NCBI GenBank assembly: GCA_934271265.1
Contig: CAKQRE010000016.1
Location: 21,135 to 85,134, forward strand
Length of the DNA stretch: 64,000 nt
Source: an uncultured Clostridia bacterium
Lineage (GTDB): Bacteria > Bacillota > Clostridia > Christensenellales > Borkfalkiaceae
Direction: 5' to 3'
Each line of letters starts with the position of its first letter. Within the stretch, counting starts at the first letter, position 1. Shown here piece by piece: positions 1 through 8,179 of this stretch. Below the pieces are notes generated by a model. The model saw only the letters and a list, made by a program, of their open reading frames with translations, was not told the DNA's origin and made no database searches. Position numbers and translations under genes: made by a program.

Positions 1-47
1 AAGAAAGGTTTATAATAGAGGCACAAGAAAACAAGGAGGATCTGTTT

Positions 48-458
48 ATGATCAAACTCATATACGGACCGAAAGGATTCGGAAAAACCAAAATCATCAT
101 GGACGATATCAACGCCGCGGCAAAAACGGCAAAGGGAAACGTCGTTTTCATTACCGACAAAAAGATCTGCTCGGTGGATATCGATCTGAACGTAAGATGC
201 CTTTACACGGAAGAATACGGGGTGAATACGGTCGAATCGTTTTTAGGATTTGTAAAAGGTCTTATCGCGGGCAACAGCGATATCGAGTATCTGTTTATCG
301 ACGGCATTTTAAGGATCACGCATACCGATCTTCCGTCTCTCGAAACCTTCTGCGGGGAGCTGGAAAAACTGCATGAGGCAACGGGGCTTAAAGTGGAAAT
401 GACGGTCAGCTCGGCGAAAGAGAATCTGCCCGCATATATGCTGGAATATCTGAAATAA
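48..458 (+). CDS. small P-loop NTPase-like protein (hypothetical)
   Basis: 136-aa ORF with Walker A-like GPKGFGKT near the N-terminus and Walker B-like YLFIDG. Its TAA stop (456-458) lies one nt before the next ATG. Confidence 0.5.
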   Translation: MIKLIYGPKGFGKTKIIMDDINAAAKTAKGNVVFITDKKICSVDIDLNVRCLYTEEYGVNTVESFLGFVKGLIAGNSDIEYLFIDGILRITHTDLPSLETFCGELEKLHEATGLKVEMTVSSAKENLPAYMLEYLK

Positions 459-459
459 C

Positions 460-1299
460 ATGATTTTAAGAAATTTTACCCTGCCGCAAGGCATGAAGGA
501 AAGCGGATGGCAGAATTTGCCTTCCGCTTTTCCGTATTTTACGAAATACGAACTCTCCTCTCTCGCGGAGAAATCGTTCGAAGAAAGGCTTGCTTTTTTC
601 AAGAAAGCATACGGCGAAGAGGAAGAAATTTACGATAACGGGATCTTGCCCGCGGAGACGATCTCTCTGGACGACGGCGTTTACGTCTCCGACATGACGG
701 TCGGCGGCAGGCGTTTCGTCAGATTGAAAAACGGGATCTCCGCCGAGGTCGTCTGCGCGATCTTCTCTTCGCTGTGCGACATGAAAGAGCCGGACGACGA
801 AGAAGATTTTGTGTTCGACGTGATCGTTCCCAACGACGAATGCGTCGTTCTTTCCGCCGTATTTGCCATGCTCGGAGGTCTTCCGATCGGAGCCGTGATC
901 ACGGACGGGGAAGAAGATTTCGACTGCGAATTGTTCGGCGTTACGGATATCCGCAAAGAGAACGTTTACGAATACATGCGGGATTTTTACGAGGATCTCG
1001 GTTATCCTCTCGGCGCGGAAGACGCGAAAGGCGCGCTCGCCGCGGAGATCGCTTACGACGGATTCGGCGAGGCAGACGTTCTCGTTATGTGTCCTTTCGG
1101 CGTGTTTACCGATCCCGAAGCGTCCTGCCTGACGTATTGCAGAAAAAGAACGGATAAGAGGGAAGAGGCTTATGCGTATCTGAAAACGGAGCTCGGCATG
1201 ACGCCTCCTTCCGGCGAACCGTATTCCCGTCCGCACCCGATCTCCCCCGATAAAATGAAAGAATTGTGTAAAATGCTCGCCAAAGTCAAACTTTATTGA
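460..1299 (+). CDS. hypothetical acidic protein
   Basis: 279-aa ORF tightly coupled to the upstream ORF (TAAcATG). D/E-rich, no family recognised. Confidence 0.45.
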   Translation: MILRNFTLPQGMKESGWQNLPSAFPYFTKYELSSLAEKSFEERLAFFKKAYGEEEEIYDNGILPAETISLDDGVYVSDMTVGGRRFVRLKNGISAEVVCAIFSSLCDMKEPDDEEDFVFDVIVPNDECVVLSAVFAMLGGLPIGAVITDGEEDFDCELFGVTDIRKENVYEYMRDFYEDLGYPLGAEDAKGALAAEIAYDGFGEADVLVMCPFGVFTDPEASCLTYCRKRTDKREEAYAYLKTELGMTPPSGEPYSRPHPISPDKMKELCKMLAKVKLY

Positions 1300-1402
1300 C
1301 TTTTTTGCGGGATTTTATTATGATTAAAGAAATAACAGACTGCCTGGCGTATCCCGGATCCATGATCGCCGAACGCCAGGAAGGTTGCTTTTTCGGAGGA
1401 AT

Positions 1403-2254
1403 ATGTTCGGATACGTCAAGCCCGATCTGCCGTACCTGTATTTAAAGGACGACAAATTATACAAAGCCCTGTATTGCGGCGTGTGCAAAAGCATCGGTAA
1501 AACCTGCGGGCAGAAAGCGCGTCTTTCGCTTACGTACGACATCGCGTTTTTATCGGCTTTCGCACATAATCTCTGCGGAAAAGACGTAACGATAAAGAAA
1601 GAACATTGCATCGTTCATCCGCTGATCTCCCGCCCTATGGCATCGCGGGACGAGATCACGGAAACGATGGCGTGCGTGAACGTAGCCCTTGCTTATTTTA
1701 AGGTTCAGGACGATATTTCGGACGAAGGAAAGGGGAAACTGAAACGGCTGCTTCTTTCTTCCGGCTATAAAGCCGCGTGCAAAAAAAACAAACGGATCGC
1801 GGAGATCGTCCGCGACAATTACCGGGATCTCCGGGCGCTTGAAAAAAACGGGGAAAGCAGCATCGACCGCGTGAGCGAACCTTTTTCGATCATGATGAAA
1901 GATCTGTCCGTTCTCGTGCTTGAGAAAAAAGCGACGGAAGCGACCGGCGAATTGTTTTACTATCTCGGAAAGTGGATCTATCTCGTCGACGCCCTCGACG
2001 ATTACGAAAAGGACATCGCAAAAGGGGATTATAATCCGTTTTATCTCGCCTACGGAAATCAGCCCGATTTCGGAAGCCTGATCAAGGCGGCGGGAAAAGA
2101 TCTCAATTTCGTGTTCTCCGATCTCTTTACGGGGATCAGAACCAATCTTTCCCGGTGCGAGTTTGCTTTTAACCACGATCTGATCGACAATATACTTCTT
2201 CGCGGACTTCCGGAAACGACGCTCGCGATTTTAAAAAAAGGAAACGAAAAATGA
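1403..2254 (+). CDS. DUF5685-like protein
   Basis: N-terminus MFGYVKPDL...YKALYCGVCKSIGK resembles my recollection of DUF5685 proteins. GGAGG lies just upstream of ATG 1403; the ORF-track start 1385 is a TTG. Confidence 0.55.
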   Translation: MFGYVKPDLPYLYLKDDKLYKALYCGVCKSIGKTCGQKARLSLTYDIAFLSAFAHNLCGKDVTIKKEHCIVHPLISRPMASRDEITETMACVNVALAYFKVQDDISDEGKGKLKRLLLSSGYKAACKKNKRIAEIVRDNYRDLRALEKNGESSIDRVSEPFSIMMKDLSVLVLEKKATEATGELFYYLGKWIYLVDALDDYEKDIAKGDYNPFYLAYGNQPDFGSLIKAAGKDLNFVFSDLFTGIRTNLSRCEFAFNHDLIDNILLRGLPETTLAILKKGNEK

Positions 2255-2865
2255 CAAACGACAACTACAAGGTATTGGGACTCGACGAAAACTGTTCCGA
2301 CGAAGAGCTTGAAGCGAAATATAAAGAACTGAAAGCCGCTTATTCGGAAGGAAGATTTCAGGAGGGCGAAGCGGGTAACGAAGCTGCCCGAAAGCTGACG
2401 GAGCTCGAAACCGCATACGCCGACATTATTGCCGACCGCAAGGAAAGGTCTTTTTCAACGGGATCTTCCGCGGGGTATTACGGCGAGATCGAGGAATGTA
2501 TCAAAAAGGGAGACCTTGCGGGCGCGCAGAAGAAACTGGACGACTTCAACGAGAGAAACGCCGAGTGGCATTACCTGCAGTCCGTCGTGTTCTATAAGAA
2601 AAAATGGTCGAACGAGAGCAAAAAACAGCTTGAGATCGCCATGCAGATGGATCCCGGAAACGAAAAATATAAAAATTCTTACGACAAACTCGTCGCGCAG
2701 ATCAGCGGCGAGCAGGAAAAGAATTTTTCTGCCTATACGAGCGGTTCCGGCGACGGCGCGCCCGCTCCCGAGGACAGGCAGATGGGCGGGCAGGGTTGTC
2801 TCGATTTCTGTTGTCAGATGGCGCTTTGCAATATATTGCTCAATTGTTGCTGCAATTGTCGCTGA
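2251..2865 (+). CDS. J-domain protein with cysteine-string-like C-terminus
   Basis: N-terminal NYKVLGLDENCSDEELEAKYKELKAAYSE is J-domain helix I/II-like. The C-terminus GCLDFCCQMALCNILLNCCCNCR has 9 Cys in 23 aa. ATGA overlap with the upstream gene. Confidence 0.65.
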   Translation: MTNDNYKVLGLDENCSDEELEAKYKELKAAYSEGRFQEGEAGNEAARKLTELETAYADIIADRKERSFSTGSSAGYYGEIEECIKKGDLAGAQKKLDDFNERNAEWHYLQSVVFYKKKWSNESKKQLEIAMQMDPGNEKYKNSYDKLVAQISGEQEKNFSAYTSGSGDGAPAPEDRQMGGQGCLDFCCQMALCNILLNCCCNCR

Positions 2866-2866
2866 T

Positions 2867-3385
2867 ATGAAACGATCCGGGCTTATTGCGCTGTCGGCGG
2901 TGGCAACGGCGTTTTCCGTTATTCTGTTAACGCTCGGCGCTTACGTCGCGGTGCTGGATTATTCCTGCATTTTCATGGCGAGTCTGTGCGTGATGCTTCC
3001 GCTGTCAAAGCAAAGCAAAAAAGCGGCTTTATTGACTTATATCGCCACTTCTTTGCTTTCTGCCGTCTTTATCGGCGGCAGGTGGGCGGTGCTTCTGCCT
3101 TACGTTTTGTTCTTCGGGCTGCATCCGATCGCGAATTACCTTTTAGCAGAAAAAAAGGTGAATAAAATTCTTGCCGTTGCGATAAAAGACGTCTGGTTTG
3201 TCGGGACCCTTCTTCTCGTCAACGCGCTGTTTGTCGATTTTTTCGCTTTCGAAACGGAATGGGCGCAAAAATATATCGTATGGATTCTTGCGATCGGCGG
3301 AGGGCTCGGCTTTATCGTTTACGATTTCTGTGCCTGTCGCTTTCAGCGGGCGATCGATCTTATCGTTAAAAAATTAAAATTGTAA
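2867..3385 (+). CDS. multi-pass membrane protein (hypothetical)
   Basis: In-frame ATG at 2867, one nt after the J-protein stop. 172 aa with several hydrophobic helices. The upstream part of ORF 2429..3385 overlaps the J-protein gene and is rejected. Confidence 0.55.
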   Translation: MKRSGLIALSAVATAFSVILLTLGAYVAVLDYSCIFMASLCVMLPLSKQSKKAALLTYIATSLLSAVFIGGRWAVLLPYVLFFGLHPIANYLLAEKKVNKILAVAIKDVWFVGTLLLVNALFVDFFAFETEWAQKYIVWILAIGGGLGFIVYDFCACRFQRAIDLIVKKLKL

Positions 3386-3467
3386 TCGGAAAATGCGTTC
3401 CGGCGTGCCGGGGGCGGCGATCGTCGTTCCTCCGGGCGAGGGAACGCTTTTTTCATGAGGGTGAATT

Positions 3468-5189
3468 ATGCGGAAAAACGAAGAATATACGGGCACGGTG
3501 CTCCGCCTCGGCAGCAACGGCGAAGGGATCCTGAAAGAGGGCGACGTTACGGTATTTGTCCCCTACGCTCTTCCCGAAGAAAAAATACGTTATCTTGTTC
3601 TGAAGGAAAAAGGGAACGTCGCCTACGGAAAATTGCTTGAAACGATCGCCCCCGCGGAAGAGCGCGTCCGCCCGAGATGCCCGTATTTCGGCAAGTGCGG
3701 CGGCTGTCAGCTTCAGCATTATAAATATCAGTGGCAACTTCGCGCAAAGCGGAAAACGGTGGAAGACTGTCTGTCGAAAATCGCTTTTCTTTCCGTTAAG
3801 CCGGGACAGACGATCTGCAGCGAGGAGGAATACGGTTATCGCAATAAACTTCAGTTGCCCGTTCGCGAAAAGAAGGACGGCAGCGCGGCGGTCGGGTTTT
3901 TCGCGCCGAACAGTCACAGGGTGATCGAGGCGGAAGACTGCGCCATTCAGCCCGATTGGTGTAAGCAAGTGATCTCTGTTCTGAAAACATATCTGGATCG
4001 TTATCGCGTGCCGGCATACAACGAGGAAACGCATTCCGGACTTATCAGGCACCTTGTCGTGCGCGGGGTGGAAAACGACCTGCTGATCACGATCGTCGGG
4101 AACGGAAAAACGCTCCCTCATTCCGACGAACTGATATCTCTTCTGAAGGAAGAATTTTCCGCCTTTTCTCTTTTTTATAACGTGAACACAAGAACGGATA
4201 ACGTGATTTTCGGACGGGATTTCCGTCTTCTTTACGGGAAAGAAAAAGTGATCGCCAAAGAGAGCGGGCTTCTTTATGCCGTCGGACCGGAATCGTTCTT
4301 GCAGGTAAACGACGGCGTGCGGCGGAAGATCTACCGCGACGTTCTGGCGCAGGCTCAGGCGGACGAGGACACGACCGTGATCGACGCGTACAGCGGCGCC
4401 GGGTTTTTGACGGCGCTTTTTGCTTTGAAATGCAGGAAGGCGATCGGCGTCGAGATCGTCCGCGAAGCCGTGGATTGCGCCGACGAGCTTTGCCGCATGA
4501 ACGGGCTGGAAGGGAAGATGACGAATATTTGCGCCGATTGCGGGGACGTGCTCGCCGATCTCGTGGAAAAAGAGAGAAAAGAGAGCGGGAAACTCGTTCT
4601 CGTGCTCGATCCGCCGCGACAGGGGGTGGACGAAAAGATCCTTTCCGCCGTTCTGAAAAGTATGCCGGATAAAATCGTTTACGTTTCCTGTTCGCCGCAA
4701 ACGCTCGCGCGCGATCTCGGGCTTCTGGAAGGCACGCTTATCCGAACCGAAAAGGGGATCGTCAAAGCGGAAGACCCCGCTCCTGCCAAATACGAGATCG
4801 TCTATCTTCGTCCGTACGACATGTTCCCGCAGACAAAACACGTCGAAACGCTGGTCGTTCTTTCCAAAAAAATTCCCGACAGTCATATCAACATTGACGT
4901 AGAATTCGGGGAGAACGAGGGGCAGTTTTCGTTAAAGAAAATCAAAGAACGCGCCGAAGAACGCAAGCCGAAAGAAAAAGTAACGTATAAGAAGATACAA
5001 GACTATATCGAACAAACTTACGGCTTTAAAGTTCACACGGCATATATCGCCGAAGTGAAACGTGATTTAGGCTTACCTATGTACGACGCGCCCAACGCTG
5101 TCGAAGAACTAAAACGCCCACGAGCGCATCCCACGCCGCGAATGGTCGAGGCGATAAAGAATACACTAAAACATTTTGAAATCATTTAA
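3468..5189 (+). CDS. rumA: 23S rRNA (uracil-5-)-methyltransferase RumA/RlmD, 3' end replaced by mobile-element sequence
   Basis: TRAM-like N-terminus, Fe-S Cys cluster CPYFGKCGGCQLQH, SAM-MTase core, DMFPQTKHVETLVVLS. After residue 466 the ORF runs into AT-richer element DNA for 107 more aa. Confidence 0.85.
   Translation: MRKNEEYTGTVLRLGSNGEGILKEGDVTVFVPYALPEEKIRYLVLKEKGNVAYGKLLETIAPAEERVRPRCPYFGKCGGCQLQHYKYQWQLRAKRKTVEDCLSKIAFLSVKPGQTICSEEEYGYRNKLQLPVREKKDGSAAVGFFAPNSHRVIEAEDCAIQPDWCKQVISVLKTYLDRYRVPAYNEETHSGLIRHLVVRGVENDLLITIVGNGKTLPHSDELISLLKEEFSAFSLFYNVNTRTDNVIFGRDFRLLYGKEKVIAKESGLLYAVGPESFLQVNDGVRRKIYRDVLAQAQADEDTTVIDAYSGAGFLTALFALKCRKAIGVEIVREAVDCADELCRMNGLEGKMTNICADCGDVLADLVEKERKESGKLVLVLDPPRQGVDEKILSAVLKSMPDKIVYVSCSPQTLARDLGLLEGTLIRTEKGIVKAEDPAPAKYEIVYLRPYDMFPQTKHVETLVVLSKKIPDSHINIDVEFGENEGQFSLKKIKERAEERKPKEKVTYKKIQDYIEQTYGFKVHTAYIAEVKRDLGLPMYDAPNAVEELKRPRAHPTPRMVEAIKNTLKHFEII
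4842..4865 (+). repeat. attL core (GTCGAAACGCTGGTCGTTCTTTCC)
   Basis: Matches 11875-11898 at 21/24 positions. Read in-frame as VETLVVLS in rumA. Confidence 0.7.
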
Positions 5190-5200
5190 GAGGTTCTACT

Positions 5201-5821
5201 ATGGCATACAGATTTGCTAATCAAAGCGAAGTTAAAGAGCTTGAAGCGTGGTGTATGGAAATTCTTCACGCCGTACAAGACGAAGTCCGAGAGTATTTTA
5301 CTTTCGATATAAGACTTATCGGAAGCGGGGACAAAAGGCTTGTTACACAAAACGGTGATGAGTGTTTTGATTTGGACTATAATATTATTATGCAAAAAGA
5401 TAAGAAAGGTTTGTTGGACAATCCTAAACAAATCAAAGATATTTTTGTTAAAAGATTTAAAGCCGTATTAGAAGAAAATGTTTCGGGATACAATTACGTA
5501 AGCGATTCAACTTCTGTCATAACAGCTAAACTTATAAGGAATGATAAGATAGAATTTTCTTTCGACGTGGCAATTATAGTTGAAGGTGATGACGGGTATT
5601 TTTATAGATTAACGCACGATAAGAGAACAAACAGGTATATATGGAATCAAGTTGCAAATTCAAAAAATTATTTTGCAAAATTTAAAGCAATAAAAGAAAA
5701 TGGTTATTGGATGGAATTTAAACAGCGCTATCTTAAAAATAAAGATAGGCATTTAAGCAATCAGGACGGAGTTAAATCCTTTTCGATTTTTCTTGAGACA
5801 TTGAATGAGTTTTACAGATAA
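5201..5821 (+). CDS. Pol-beta superfamily nucleotidyltransferase (minimal; cargo gene)
   Basis: 206 aa. IGSGDKRLVTQNGDECFDLDYNI fits the hG[GS]-x(9-15)-DxD NTase signature. A third acidic strand is FSFDVAII. Confidence 0.55.
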   Translation: MAYRFANQSEVKELEAWCMEILHAVQDEVREYFTFDIRLIGSGDKRLVTQNGDECFDLDYNIIMQKDKKGLLDNPKQIKDIFVKRFKAVLEENVSGYNYVSDSTSVITAKLIRNDKIEFSFDVAIIVEGDDGYFYRLTHDKRTNRYIWNQVANSKNYFAKFKAIKENGYWMEFKQRYLKNKDRHLSNQDGVKSFSIFLETLNEFYR

Positions 5822-5823
5822 TT

Positions 5824-6012
5824 ATGACAAAACGTGAAGAAGAATTTTATAACAATCTCATTATTTGCGATGAGGATAAAATCAGAGCAGAAAAATCTTT
5901 GAAATCAAAAGGTGTCGAAAAACACATATTGATTAAAGAGCGATTACTCAATTGGAGTGACTCTGATAGTATAGAATACTTATGTAAAAGCGGACGGGCG
6001 AACTTACTATAA
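5824..6012 (+). CDS. hypothetical small protein
   Basis: 62-aa ORF starting 2 nt after the NTase stop, same strand. No family recognised. Confidence 0.35.
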   Translation: MTKREEEFYNNLIICDEDKIRAEKSLKSKGVEKHILIKERLLNWSDSDSIEYLCKSGRANLL

Positions 6013-6022
6013 AAAGATAGAT

Positions 6023-6508
6023 ATGGAAAACGACGACGGTACGTTGCTTGATGAGAAACAGCGCAGTGCGCTTGAAAGCATTGTCGAGCAAGCAACGGTA
6101 GAAAAGCGATTGTCGGTTTTATCGGAGGAAGATAGAAAGATTTACGAGCTGTATTATGTGGACAATAGTACGCAAACCGAGATAGCGGAAGAACTCGGCA
6201 AAACGCAAAGCTATGTCGCAAAGCGTCTTTCTAAAATAGACGAGGTTATAAGCGGTGCTGACGAAAGCGACGAAGCGAGAGTGGAAGCGCAATGGGAGAA
6301 GTTTTTGGACAAGTACCGCACCGACGATGACGAAGATATTGCTTGGGATATGTTTCGGTTTATTATGCCCGAAGAAGAGCAAGCAGAAATTATCAGTTGG
6401 TTTTACAGTTACCGCGAGTATTTTAAGTTCGGGCTTACATATTTGATTATCCGTCCGTTTGCGAAATATAAATCTTTTGAAGAAGCGGAGTTTGAGTTTG
6501 GGAATTGA
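6023..6508 (+). CDS. sigma-70 region-4-like HTH protein
   Basis: LSEEDRKIYELYYVDNSTQTEIAEELGKTQSYVAKRLSKI resembles sigma region 4 / LuxR-type HTH. 161 aa. Confidence 0.5.
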   Translation: MENDDGTLLDEKQRSALESIVEQATVEKRLSVLSEEDRKIYELYYVDNSTQTEIAEELGKTQSYVAKRLSKIDEVISGADESDEARVEAQWEKFLDKYRTDDDEDIAWDMFRFIMPEEEQAEIISWFYSYREYFKFGLTYLIIRPFAKYKSFEEAEFEFGN

Positions 6509-6913
6509 ATGAACGAGTTGCCGCATCACAGCCGAGAAATTTACTATGATATATTCGACGGGCAAATAGACGAGTTGCGGTGGGTATATCTTGCCTTATG
6601 TGAAGAAGTGGAGTATCGGAAGAAAACGCTGAAAGAAAAGCCGAAGCCTACAAACTTCGAGAAGTTATACGCAGAAGCGGAAAAGATATGCAAGCGTTTG
6701 GATATGACCGCCGAAGAGTTCATACAAAAGAGATTCTTGCCGAAGCAAAAAGAACGGTTGGAGAAGCGGTACAAAGATTTTCGCAGGAAGTATAAGAATA
6801 TCGTTGTTGTGGATGAAGACGATCCGCGCCCGATTCGTGAACAGATAATAGACATATTCGGAGAAGGTCCCGAACCGCATTTCAGTAACCCCGAATTTCG
6901 CAAGAAAAAATAA
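6509..6913 (+). CDS. hypothetical protein (coupled to the sigma-like gene)
   Basis: The ATG directly abuts the preceding TGA (TGAATG). 134 aa, K/E-rich. Confidence 0.45.
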   Translation: MNELPHHSREIYYDIFDGQIDELRWVYLALCEEVEYRKKTLKEKPKPTNFEKLYAEAEKICKRLDMTAEEFIQKRFLPKQKERLEKRYKDFRRKYKNIVVVDEDDPRPIREQIIDIFGEGPEPHFSNPEFRKKK

Positions 6914-6985
6914 TTTCAAGAATTTTTGCGAAAATGGAATAATTATGGCGTTCTATTCGCTTGATATATGAAAGCAGAAATTGTA
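6914..6985 (+). repeat. intergenic direct repeat, copy 1
   Basis: ~72 bp starting right after a stop codon. Shares the perfect blocks AAATGGAATA and TATTCGCTTGATATATG with 8030-8101. Confidence 0.65.
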
Positions 6986-6989
6986 TATT
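6961..6989 (+). promoter_or_regulatory. candidate sigma-70 promoter for the DUF1016 gene
   Basis: TTGATA, 17-nt spacer, TATATT, about 15 nt upstream of the RBS GAGAGG and ATG 7005. Confidence 0.4.
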
Positions 6990-7004
6990 TAACGAGAGGT
7001 TAAA

Positions 7005-8027
7005 ATGAGCAAAGAAATTACAAACAGCGTAGTATCGCAAATCAAGAGCTTATTGGAAACGGCGCGACAAAAAGTGGCGGTGGAAGTCAATACTACGCTA
7101 CTTTCTACCTATTGGCAGATAGGTAAGATTATCGTCGAGGACGAACAAAAGCATAGCGACAGAGCGGAATACGGCAAACAGACACTCAAAACGCTTTCCA
7201 AAGCCTTGACGGAAGAATACGGCAAAGGTTTTTCGCGTTCGAGCCTACAAAATATGCGGCTATTGTATTTGGCATATCCGAAATGCCAGACACTGTCTGG
7301 CAAATTGTCTTGGTCGCATTATTGCGAATTGCTTATCATTTCCGATGAGCAAAGGCGTAGTTTTTATGAAAAAGAGTGTGTAAACGCACGTTGGTCGGTT
7401 AGAGAGTTAAAGCGGCAAATAGAAAGTTCTTTGTTCGAAAGACTGTTATTATCGGGCGGCGATGCAAATAAAGAGAAAGTGCTTGCGCTTGCATTGAACG
7501 GCAATGAAATCGCAAAGCCGGAAGATATTATCCGCGATCCGTATGTATTTGAGTTTTTGGGATTGCCTGAAGATAAACCGCTTATGGAGAGTGATTTGGA
7601 AGAAACGCTTGTATTGCAGATAGAAAAGTTTTTGTTGGAACTTGGGCGCGGTTTTATGTTTGTAGGAACGCAACAGCGGGTTACATTCAACAATCATCAT
7701 TACTATGTGGATATGGTGTTCTACAATAAGATTTTGCGTTCGTATGTACTGATTGAATTGAAAACGACAAAGCTTATGCCCGAAGCCGCAGGTCAACTGA
7801 ATATGTATCTTAACTATTACGCGAACGAAGTGAACGATGAAACGGACAATCCGCCGATAGGAATTATTCTTTGTACGGACAAGGGCAACTGCGATGTGCA
7901 ATATGCGCTTGGTGGTATTACAAATCAAATATTTGCGTCGAAATATGTATTATATATGCCCGACAAAGAACAACTGATAGCCCAAGTTGAGAAGGTTTTG
8001 GAACAGTGGCACGGAGACGGCGAATAA
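7005..8027 (+). CDS. DUF1016/YhcG-family PD-(D/E)xK nuclease-like protein
   Basis: N-terminal pattern ...ARQKVAVEVNTTLLSTYWQIGKIIVEDEQ and C-terminal YYVDMVFYN...YVLIELK (D...ExK) are typical of YhcG/DUF1016. Confidence 0.75.
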   Translation: MSKEITNSVVSQIKSLLETARQKVAVEVNTTLLSTYWQIGKIIVEDEQKHSDRAEYGKQTLKTLSKALTEEYGKGFSRSSLQNMRLLYLAYPKCQTLSGKLSWSHYCELLIISDEQRRSFYEKECVNARWSVRELKRQIESSLFERLLLSGGDANKEKVLALALNGNEIAKPEDIIRDPYVFEFLGLPEDKPLMESDLEETLVLQIEKFLLELGRGFMFVGTQQRVTFNNHHYYVDMVFYNKILRSYVLIELKTTKLMPEAAGQLNMYLNYYANEVNDETDNPPIGIILCTDKGNCDVQYALGGITNQIFASKYVLYMPDKEQLIAQVEKVLEQWHGDGE

Positions 8028-8029
8028 AA

Positions 8030-8101
8030 CTTTTCAAAAAATTTTTTATGAAATGGAATATTTCAGGCGTTTTATTCGCTTGATATATGGAGAGGGAAAT
8101 T
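8030..8101 (+). repeat. intergenic direct repeat, copy 2
   Basis: Second copy of the 6914-6985 block, also immediately after a stop codon. It runs into the oriT-like hairpin. Confidence 0.65.
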
Positions 8102-8121
8102 CCGTGTGTTTGCGCGGAATT
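8098..8121 (+). other. candidate oriT hairpin with GTGTGT nick-like motif
   Basis: AATTCCG / CGGAATT arms around TGTGTTTGCG. GTGTGT (8104-8109) fits my recollection of the MobV nick motif GTGBGT (pMV158 GTGTG/T). It lies upstream of the relaxase gene. Confidence 0.4.
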
Positions 8122-8179
8122 ACAACTATCTCAAATGTGGCGATTTCGTTATAATTAAAACTTAACAAACAGCGACAGG

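Noticed and set aside
774-1157. Arg-rich 127-aa plus-strand ORF inside 460..1299.
   Set aside because: It is an out-of-frame overlap with extreme Arg content typical of a frame-shifted reading of acidic GA-rich codons.
2429-2866. The upstream 146 codons of ORF 2429..3385.
   Set aside because: They overlap the J-domain gene out of frame and are Arg-rich. The membrane protein begins at ATG 2867.
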